DNA from: Deferrisomatales bacterium
GTDB lineage: Bacteria > Desulfobacterota > Deferrisomatia > Deferrisomatales > JACRMM01
Assembly (NCBI GenBank): GCA_033551855.1
Contig: JAWSUI010000046.1
Coordinates: 1 to 29,038, forward strand
Length of the DNA stretch: 29,038 bases
Reading direction: 5' to 3'
The notes beneath the pieces are model-generated. The model was not told the DNA's origin. It was given only the letters and a program-made list of their open reading frames with translations, and did not search any database. Of the stretch, positions 15,905-22,794 are shown in pieces; position 1 is the stretch's first letter, and every line of letters starts with the position of its first letter. A program made the translations under genes and the position numbers.

Positions 15905-17095
15905 GTGAAGGAGCGAGAAAAGCTCCTCTTGATCGTGGGGGTGTTCCTGGCGGCGTACTACGTGCCCGTGGAGCACGCGAGGGTGCAGGGGGCGCTCCTG
16001 GAGTCCTTCCGGATGCTCCAGGACTACGCCCGGGCCCACGTGCTCACCTGCCTGGTGCCGGCGTTCTTCATCGCCGGGGCGATCGCGGTGTTCGTGAGCC
16101 AGGGGGCGGTACTCCGGTACCTGGGCGCAGGGGCGCAGCGAGTGCTCGCCTACTCCGTGGCCTCGGTCTCGGGCGGGGTGCTGGCGGTGTGCTCGTGCAC
16201 GGTGCTCCCCCTCTTCGCCGGAATCTACAACCGCGGGGCGGGTATCGGGCCGGCAGCCGCCTTTCTCTACTCGGGGCCGGCGATCAACGTGCTGGCGATC
16301 GTGATGACCGCCAAGGTCCTGGGTCCCCATCTCGGGGTCGCCCGGGCCGTGGGGGCCGTCGTCTTTGCCGTCGTGGTGGGGCTCCTCATGGCGGTCACGT
16401 TCCGCCGCTCAGAGGCCGAGCGCCAGGCCGGGTTCGCGGCGCTCCCCGAGGAGGAGCCGGCACGGCCCCTCTGGAAGAATGCCCTCTACATGCTCGCCAT
16501 GGTGGCGGTGCTCGTCTTCGGGGCCTGGGGTGAGCCGCGTCAGCCTGTGGGCTGGGCCATGGCGGTCTTCGACCTCAAGTGGTATCTGTCGGGTGCCGGC
16601 CTCGTCGCGACTCTCGCCATGGTCTGGGTGTGGTTCTCCCGGGACGAGCGCGTGGAGTGGGTGGAGGCCACCTGGGGGTTCGCGAAGCAGATCCTGCCGC
16701 TGCTCCTGGCCGGGGTCCTCATTGCGGGCTTCCTGCTCGGCATGCCCGGAAGCGATGCCGGGCTCATCCCCAGCGAGTGGGTGGCGAAGCTCGTGGGGGG
16801 GAACTCCCTGGGCGCCAATCTCTTCGCGTCGGTGGCCGGGGCGCTCATGTACTTCGCAACGCTCACCGAGGTGCCGATCCTCCAGGGCCTGCTGGGCAGC
16901 GGGATGGGCAGCGGCCCCGCTCTGGCGCTGCTGCTGGCCGGCCCGGCGCTCTCCCTGCCCAATATGCTGGTCATCCAGAGCGTCCTGGGAACCCGGAAGA
17001 CTGCGGTGTTCATCGGGTACGTAGTGCTCCTCTCCACGGCGGCCGGGATGATTTTCGGCAACCTCTTCCCCCACCTGACCCTGCCGGGAGTCTGA
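15905..17095 (+). CDS. DUF318/ArsP-family permease
   Basis: Polytopic membrane protein with HVLTCLVPAFFIAG, LAVCSCTVLP, FLYSGPAIN, MYFATLTEVPI, LLAGPALSLP. Confidence 0.88.
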   Translation: MKEREKLLLIVGVFLAAYYVPVEHARVQGALLESFRMLQDYARAHVLTCLVPAFFIAGAIAVFVSQGAVLRYLGAGAQRVLAYSVASVSGGVLAVCSCTVLPLFAGIYNRGAGIGPAAAFLYSGPAINVLAIVMTAKVLGPHLGVARAVGAVVFAVVVGLLMAVTFRRSEAERQAGFAALPEEEPARPLWKNALYMLAMVAVLVFGAWGEPRQPVGWAMAVFDLKWYLSGAGLVATLAMVWVWFSRDERVEWVEATWGFAKQILPLLLAGVLIAGFLLGMPGSDAGLIPSEWVAKLVGGNSLGANLFASVAGALMYFATLTEVPILQGLLGSGMGSGPALALLLAGPALSLPNMLVIQSVLGTRKTAVFIGYVVLLSTAAGMIFGNLFPHLTLPGV

Positions 17096-17096
17096 C

Positions 17097-17801
17097 ATGG
17101 CCGGTCTCGAAGCGTTCCTCGCCAACGCCCAGCTCACCATCCAGACCAACCCCTGGCTCGCCTTCGCGGCGGTCTTCGCCGGGGGGGCGCTGACTGCCTC
17201 GAACCCCTGCGTGCTCGCCATGATTCCCCTGGTCATCGGGTTCGTGGGGGGGTACGACGGGATCACCGGGTGGCGCAGGTCCTTCGGCTTCTCGCTGGTC
17301 TTCGTGTTCGGCCTCGCGGTGAGCTTCACGGCCATGGGGGTGATTGCGGTGACCGTGGGCCGTCTCTTCGGCGACGTGGGCGGCTTCTGGCCGTGGGTCA
17401 TCGCCGCCGTGTGTCTGGCCATGGCGGCCCACCTCTGGGACCTCTGGACCTTTTCCCTGCCCGAGGGCCTGGCCCGCTACAAGCCCAAACACGCCGGGGC
17501 TCTCGGGGCCTTCACCCTGGGGCTTCTCTTCGGTCTGGTCTCGGCGCCGTGTGCCGCCCCGATCCTGGTCGTGGTGCTGGCCTACATCGCGTCCCAGGGG
17601 AGCCTGCCCTACGGCCTGGCGCTTTTGTGGACCTACGCCGTGGGCCACTGCGTCCTGATCGTGGTCGCCGGGACCAGCATGGGGGTCGCCAAGCACCTGA
17701 TCCAGTCACGGGGCTTCGGGAGGGCAAACCTGGTCTTCAAGCGCCTCGCGGGGGCGCTCATCGGCCTGGTGGGCGTGTTCATCCTGTGGAAGGGTGTGTG
17801 A
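17097..17801 (+). CDS. ccdA: CcdA/DsbD-type transmembrane thiol-disulfide transporter
   Basis: About six TM helices with the catalytic pair SNPCVLAMIP and SAPCAAP. Confidence 0.85.
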   Translation: MAGLEAFLANAQLTIQTNPWLAFAAVFAGGALTASNPCVLAMIPLVIGFVGGYDGITGWRRSFGFSLVFVFGLAVSFTAMGVIAVTVGRLFGDVGGFWPWVIAAVCLAMAAHLWDLWTFSLPEGLARYKPKHAGALGAFTLGLLFGLVSAPCAAPILVVVLAYIASQGSLPYGLALLWTYAVGHCVLIVVAGTSMGVAKHLIQSRGFGRANLVFKRLAGALIGLVGVFILWKGV

Positions 17802-17835
17802 GGCGGGAGGAGATCCAACCGTGGTGGAGGACATC

Positions 17836-18219
17836 ATGAAGAGGCTCGTGATCGAGTGGCGGCACCTGGAAAGCGAGGGCCGCACCTGTGACCGCTGCTC
17901 GGACACGGGGGAGGCGGTGCGGAAGGCATTTGCCGATCTGGAGAAAGACCTCGCCCCGGAGGGCGTCCGCGTGTCCCTGGTGGAGACGGTGCTCGGGGAG
18001 GACCGCGTCCGGGAGTCGAACGAGATCCGATTCAACGGGGTGCTGCTGGAGGACCTGCTCCCCGCCGCGCGCGCGGGAGAGAATGCTTGCTGCTCCTGCA
18101 CGGAGCTCCTGGCCGTGGAGACCTCGTGCCGAACCGTGGAGATCGGGGAGCAGAGCCTCGAAGCAATCCCCGCCGAGCTGATTCGCCAGGCGGCCCGCAG
18201 GGCTGCGGGCCTCGAGTGA
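17836..18219 (+). CDS. DUF2703-like Cys-rich protein
   Basis: MKRLVIEWRHLESEGRTCDRCSDTG..ESNEIRFNGVLLEDLL..CCSC..CRT..EAIPAELIRQA. ATG at 17836 with GGAGG RBS. Confidence 0.75.
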   Translation: MKRLVIEWRHLESEGRTCDRCSDTGEAVRKAFADLEKDLAPEGVRVSLVETVLGEDRVRESNEIRFNGVLLEDLLPAARAGENACCSCTELLAVETSCRTVEIGEQSLEAIPAELIRQAARRAAGLE

Positions 18220-18281
18220 CGGGCTGCGACGTCAAATGATCTTTTGACAGGCGTTAACCACACCAAGACAGGAGATGCCCC

Positions 18282-18512
18282 GTGAAAATCGAAGTGCTCG
18301 GAACCGGCTGCCCGAAGTGCCAGAAGCTCTACGAGGCGGCCAAGGAAGCAGTGTCCAGGACCGGCGCCGACGCCCAGGTGAGCAAGGTGGAGGACCTCGG
18401 CGAGATCATGAAGCGGGGGATCATGGTCACCCCGGCCCTCGCGGTGGACGGGCAGATCAAGTCCGCGGGCAAGGTGCTCAAAGCCGATGACATCGCGAAA
18501 TTCTTGGGGTGA
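18282..18512 (+). CDS. Small redox-active disulfide protein (MTH895/thioredoxin_3 family)
   Basis: KIEVLGTGCPKCQKL..IMVTPALAVDG..GKV. Confidence 0.92.
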   Translation: MKIEVLGTGCPKCQKLYEAAKEAVSRTGADAQVSKVEDLGEIMKRGIMVTPALAVDGQIKSAGKVLKADDIAKFLG

Positions 18513-18521
18513 GCGACGTTC

Positions 18522-18893
18522 TCACCTGGCGATGAAGCGCACCCCGGGCAGCCCTTCGAGTTCGGAGTCAGAGGTGGCGAGCTCGGCCCGGTAACGCACC
18601 GCGGTCGCGTACACGATGGCGTCGGCCATGGCGAGGCGCTTCTTGGTCGAGAGGTCTGCGGCTTCGAGAGCCAGAGGAGCGTCCAGCGGTACGATACGGG
18701 CTTGCTGCATGAACCCGGAGCAGCGCAGGGCCGCCTCCTCCCCCGCGGTCCTCGCGAGGAGCTTGTATACCTCGTAGAGTACCACGGTGGGCACGAGCAA
18801 CTCCTCCGGATGAGCAAGAAGAGTCGAGTACGTGCCGGCGGCGGGGCCGTCGGTGAAGACCTCGAGCCAGCCGCACGAGTCTACGAGGATCAC
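18522..18893 (-). CDS. vapC: Type II TA toxin, VapC/PIN domain
   Basis: ILVDSCGWLE..VPTVVLYEV..LAMADAIVYATA..LATSD acidic PIN motif. GTGA overlap with the antitoxin. Confidence 0.9.
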   Translation of the reverse strand: MILVDSCGWLEVFTDGPAAGTYSTLLAHPEELLVPTVVLYEVYKLLARTAGEEAALRCSGFMQQARIVPLDAPLALEAADLSTKKRLAMADAIVYATAVRYRAELATSDSELEGLPGVRFIAR

Positions 18894-19099
18894 GGGAGCC
18901 GCTCGGTCTTCTCACGGAAGCCGCGGACGTCGATTCCCCTCGCGATGCCGCGCAGATCCTCGAGGGAGGGCACGGGCACCAGATAGACGATGCCCCCTTT
19001 CTCGAAGACCTGGAGCTTCTGCCTGGGACGCAGCCCGGCGGCCTCACGGACCGGTCGAGGAATGACTACCTGGTACTTGGAGGATACCGTGGTTTCCAT
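18890..19099 (-). CDS. vapB: AbrB/MazE/SpoVT-family antitoxin
   Basis: METTVSSKYQVVIPRPVREAAGLRP. ATG at 19099 with GGAG RBS. Confidence 0.88.
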   Translation of the reverse strand: METTVSSKYQVVIPRPVREAAGLRPRQKLQVFEKGGIVYLVPVPSLEDLRGIARGIDVRGFREKTERLP

Positions 19100-19142
19100 G
19101 CGGGTCTCCATCATGTTGCACTGATTTGGTATCGTTCACGAA

Positions 19143-19171
19143 ACTGTAAAACGGCGCGGCGCGAAGGTCAA
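19143..19171 (-). promoter_or_regulatory. Sigma70-like promoter for vapBC
   Basis: Minus strand TTGACC (19171-19166), 17-nt spacer, TACAGT (19148-19143). Confidence 0.55.
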
Positions 19172-19188
19172 GCCGAAGGGAGCCGGCG

Positions 19189-19380
19189 ATGAAGAAGGAA
19201 GTGACCGTCCGACTGGACACCGAGGAAGTGATTTCGCTGGAGCGCTGCCTCTCGGACCGGAATGCCGAGGAGGCCTTCCAGCTGTTGAAGCAACTCGCCG
19301 AGAAGGTCCGCCACGCACAGTTCACGGCGTGACGCCCCTACTTCGAGATGCGCGGCGCGCATCCGATTCCGCCGGGGTGA
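19189..19380 (+). CDS. Small putative selenoprotein (63 aa, Sec48), absent from the ORF track
   Basis: ATG at 19189 with AAGGGAG RBS. Sequence MKKEVTVRLDTEEVISLERCLSDRNAEEAFQLLKQLAEKVRHAQFTA-TGA(19330-19332)-RPYFEMRGAHPIPPG-stop. A SECIS-like hairpin follows the TGA, and read-through ends 16 nt before nifS. Confidence 0.7.
19330..19379 (+). promoter_or_regulatory. Candidate bacterial SECIS element
   Basis: UGA, 14 nt, GAUGCGC-GGC-GCGCAUC (19347-19363), extendable by UCG/CGA. Lower stem CGCCCC (19333-19338) pairs with GGGGUG (19374-19379). Confidence 0.6.
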
Positions 19381-19396
19381 CCCGGCGAGGGGTCCG

Positions 19397-20524
19397 GTGA
19401 TCTACCTCGACCACAACGCCACCACGCGGCCGGACCCGGCCGTGGTGGATGCCCTCTCCTGGGCCACGGAGCACGCGTGGGGCAACCCGTCCACGCTGTA
19501 CCGCGCCGGGCGTGAGGCCAAGGGCGTGCTCGACGCCGCGCGGGGGAAGGTGGCCCGGTTGATCGGTGCCAGGGACCCGGCCCAGGTGGTCTTCACCTCG
19601 GGCGGGACCGAGGCCGACGCGCTGGCCCTCTTCGGGGTGCTCCGCCGGCCGGGACAGGGAGGGCGCCATCTCGTCACCTCGCTGGCCGAGCACAAAGCGG
19701 TACTTCGGACCGGGGTCCGTTTGGAGGCCGAGGGGTTTCCGGTTACGTTCCTGCCCGTGGACGGCCTAGGCCGAGTCGACCCGGAGATGGTTGCCCGAGC
19801 CCTGCGGCCGGACACGGCCCTGGTATCGTTCCTGCTCGCGAACAACGAGGTGGGCACCGTGAACCTTGTGGGAGAGATCGCGTCCGTCTGCCGAGAGGAG
19901 GGGGTGCCCGTTCATACCGACGCCGTGCAGGCCTGCGGAAAGATCCCCGTGGACGTGGAGGAACTGGGCGTCGACCTCGTGAGCCTCTCGGGCCACAAGT
20001 TCCACGGGCCGCGAGGGATCGGGGCCCTCTGGGTGCGGCCGGGAACGGTGCTCCAGCCCCTCCTGGTCGGAGGAACCCAGGAGCGCGGGCTCCGGGCCGG
20101 CACCGAGCCCGTTGCTTTGGCCCACGCCCTGGGCGTGGCGGCCGAGCTCGCAAGGTCTCGCCTCGAAACGGATGGGGCACGAATCCGGGCGCTGCGGGAC
20201 CGCCTCTGGGAGGGGCTTCGCGAGGCGGTCCCGGGCGTCCGGGCCCACGGCGACCGGGATCGGGGCCTCCCGAACACCCTCAACGTCTCGATCCCGGGGC
20301 GGGAGGCCGAGGCCCTCGTGCTGGCCCTCGACGAGGCGGGAATCGCCGTGGGCACCGGATCCGCCTGCAGCACCGGCGACACCCGCCCCTCCCACGTGCT
20401 CCTGGCCATGGGTGTGCCGCCGGCCGAAGCCCGCGCGTCGATCCGATTCAGCCTGGGGAGGGCGAATACCGACGCGGAGGTGGGCGCCGCCGTGGAGGCG
20501 CTGGGGCGGATCGCCCTGGCGTAG
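19397..20524 (+). CDS. Group I cysteine desulfurase (NifS/IscS family; possible selenocysteine lyase activity)
   Basis: IYLDHNATT, FTSGGTEAD, HTDAVQ, SGHKFHGP (PLP lysine), GTGSACS (catalytic Cys). Confidence 0.93.
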   Translation: MIYLDHNATTRPDPAVVDALSWATEHAWGNPSTLYRAGREAKGVLDAARGKVARLIGARDPAQVVFTSGGTEADALALFGVLRRPGQGGRHLVTSLAEHKAVLRTGVRLEAEGFPVTFLPVDGLGRVDPEMVARALRPDTALVSFLLANNEVGTVNLVGEIASVCREEGVPVHTDAVQACGKIPVDVEELGVDLVSLSGHKFHGPRGIGALWVRPGTVLQPLLVGGTQERGLRAGTEPVALAHALGVAAELARSRLETDGARIRALRDRLWEGLREAVPGVRAHGDRDRGLPNTLNVSIPGREAEALVLALDEAGIAVGTGSACSTGDTRPSHVLLAMGVPPAEARASIRFSLGRANTDAEVGAAVEALGRIALA

Positions 20525-20592
20525 AGCGGGGCGCGTCCCGCAGGCACACTTTTCCGATGGGCGGCGAGCCCCGCCCCCCGAAGGAGGGTTCC

Positions 20593-21150
20593 ATGCCTCT
20601 GGTCAACCGTTACGAGATCGTCAAGGTCCTGCCTTGCATCGCCGACACCGCTCTAATCCGGGTGGTGGCGACCCTCGACGCAGACATCGGCGAGGCTCTG
20701 CCCTACCTGAACGCGACCCTGAAGAAAGTGGTCTTCAATCCCGGGGGCAAGACCCTGACCTACAAGGTAGAGGGGATGTGCTTCACCTTCCACCAGAACG
20801 GCATCACAGCCACCAAGCTCCGGGACGTGGAGCACGCCCACCAGGAACTGCAGGCCATGGTGGACCGGGTGAACGACGTCTGGGAGCGGCGGGCCGAGAT
20901 CACGCCGAGCTTCGAGCGGGGGGTCCAGCTCACGGCGCTCCAGATCTACAAAGGGCTCCCGGCCACCAACTGCAAGGAGTGCGGCGAGCCTTCCTGCCTC
21001 GCCTTCGCGGCCAAGCTCCTCTCGGGCACGATCAGTGTGCTCGCGTGCAAGCCCCTCTTTACCCCGGAGTTTCGGGAGAAGCGGGGAAAGCTCTTGGAGC
21101 TCCTGGAGGAAACGGGCTACGAAGTGCCGCCCGAGTTTCTTTCAGCGTGA
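20593..21150 (+). CDS. (Fe-S)-binding protein with C-terminal putative Fe-S cluster domain
   Basis: N-terminal LPCIAD..ALPYLNA, C-terminal IYKGLPATNCKECGEPSCLAFAAKL..CKPL. ATG at 20593 with AAGGAGG RBS. Confidence 0.85.
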   Translation: MPLVNRYEIVKVLPCIADTALIRVVATLDADIGEALPYLNATLKKVVFNPGGKTLTYKVEGMCFTFHQNGITATKLRDVEHAHQELQAMVDRVNDVWERRAEITPSFERGVQLTALQIYKGLPATNCKECGEPSCLAFAAKLLSGTISVLACKPLFTPEFREKRGKLLELLEETGYEVPPEFLSA

Positions 21151-21211
21151 CCCGCGACGACACAGCCGCAAAAGCCGGCGATGGGGACCGGCAGCGAAGA
21201 GGAGGTGACCC

Positions 21212-21421
21212 ATGCAGTTCTGGCAATCCAGAGCCTGTCGCGTGTCGTCGGGGTTGGCCGTGCTCGCGGCCTTCGTGCTTCTCTTCACGGCCCTGGCCTT
21301 CGACTACACCGTGGGCCGATGGGGCGCGGCCACTTGGGTGGCGGTGGTGCTCCTGGTCGGGTGCCTCCTGGCCTCGTGCTGCTTCGGCGGCGGCTCCGGA
21401 CGGAACCACACCCCAACGTAG
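21212..21421 (+). CDS. Small two-TM membrane protein with Cys cluster
   Basis: GAGGAGGTG RBS, two hydrophobic segments, GCLLASCC motif. Fits the gap between the Fe-S gene and usp. Confidence 0.65.
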   Translation: MQFWQSRACRVSSGLAVLAAFVLLFTALAFDYTVGRWGAATWVAVVLLVGCLLASCCFGGGSGRNHTPT

Positions 21422-21457
21422 TCCACGGCCGGGGCGGCGGCCCCGGGGGAGAACGCC

Positions 21458-22318
21458 ATGTTCCGGACGATCCTGATCCCTTCCGACCTGTTCGGCGCGA
21501 CACCCGACTTTCCTCACTGCTTCCGGGGCGCGGGTGCGGTTGGGGTAAAAGAGGCGCACCTGGTGCAGCCGATCCCGCCCGTCGCGCTCGGGCGGGCCGC
21601 AAGCCTGCTCCAGGGCCTGGCCCGGCCGGTTCTCGAGGAGCAGCGGACCCAGCTCGAGGCGTTGGGGTTGCGGGTCACGACCCACACACCCCAGGGAGAG
21701 CCGGTGGCGGCCATCCTGGGAGTGGCCGCGCGCCAAAAGGCCGAGGTGATCGCCGTCTCGTCCTTCGCGGAGAACCTCTTCGTCGAAGCCCTCGTGCACC
21801 CACTCGCCGACGCCCTCCTGAACCAGTCGGCGCTTCCCCTGCTGGGGCTCGGTTGCGGGCGCAGCGCCGAGGTCTGCCTCCCCTTGGACCAGGTGTTCGG
21901 CGGCCGCGTTCTCTTCGCGACGGACTTCTCGGGTTGCGCGGCCAGCGCCCGCACCCGCGTGCGGGGGATCGTGGCCCGAACCGGCGCCGAGGTGGTCGCC
22001 CTTCACGTGCAGGAGAAACGCCGAATCTTCCCCCACCTGGCCGACCGATTGGAGGAGTTCGACCGCACCGACCGGGAGCGGCTGGAAACCCTGGCCCGAG
22101 ACCTTCGGGAGGCCGGCGCCCGGGCGGTGCAGGCAGAGGTGGAGCTCGGCCACGCCGGGCCTGCGATCTGCGACGCCGCCCGAAGGCTCTTCGCGACCCT
22201 CGTCGTCCTCGGCACCCGGGGACGGGGCTGGGGCGAGGAGCTCTTCGTGGGCAGCGTGGCCCGCCACGTGGCCCGCCACAGTCCGGTGCCCGTGCTTCTC
22301 ATCCCCCAGCCCCGGTGA
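21458..22318 (+). CDS. Tandem universal stress protein, paralog of 11442..12305
   Basis: MFRTILIPSDL, VLFATDFSGCA, LVVLGTRGRG..LFVGSVARHVARHSPVPVLLIP. Confidence 0.88.
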   Translation: MFRTILIPSDLFGATPDFPHCFRGAGAVGVKEAHLVQPIPPVALGRAASLLQGLARPVLEEQRTQLEALGLRVTTHTPQGEPVAAILGVAARQKAEVIAVSSFAENLFVEALVHPLADALLNQSALPLLGLGCGRSAEVCLPLDQVFGGRVLFATDFSGCAASARTRVRGIVARTGAEVVALHVQEKRRIFPHLADRLEEFDRTDRERLETLARDLREAGARAVQAEVELGHAGPAICDAARRLFATLVVLGTRGRGWGEELFVGSVARHVARHSPVPVLLIPQPR

Positions 22319-22545
22319 GGGGAAAGGCAACCCTGGTTTGTCCCCGAGCGATTCCCCGCGATATGAGCCACCGGCCGATTGATCTTGCCGGACGGTCTTC
22401 GGGTCGATCATCCTTACGTCGAAGACACGACGGCGAGAGACGGGAAAGCCGGCGCTGTGTTCGAAGGCTGTACTCGAAGGGGATCGGTCTGCACGGGCCA
22501 AGTGCGTGGATCGTCCGCTACGGGGAGGCCGGATTGCCGTTCCGG

Positions 22546-22761
22546 CCGGGGACCGCGACATCATTGGGAGTGGTGGGCAGGCGCAGGAACCCCGTAGAGC
22601 CCCGGGCGACGGCCAATGCGCCGAAAGCGGTTCGGCAGCCGGTACACCGGCGCCCGTGCTTCAGCGCAGCCCGCAACCGTCCGAACAAGAGCATCGGACC
22701 CATCCGGGGACCGCGAGCAAGCTTTCGTGAGATCCCGACACGGCATCCCGGGGGACCGCGA
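22546..22761 (+). repeat. Three direct copies of CCGGGG(G)ACCGCGA in a long intergenic region
   Basis: Copies at 22546-22558, 22704-22716 and 22748-22761. The last two are both preceded by CAT(C). Confidence 0.45.
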
Positions 22762-22794
22762 ACCGACCCGGTCCCCCGACAGAAGATAGGGCGA

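Noticed and set aside
22546..22761. CRISPR array
   Set aside because: The repeats are only 13-14 nt, spacing is irregular (about 158 and 44 nt), and there are no cas genes.
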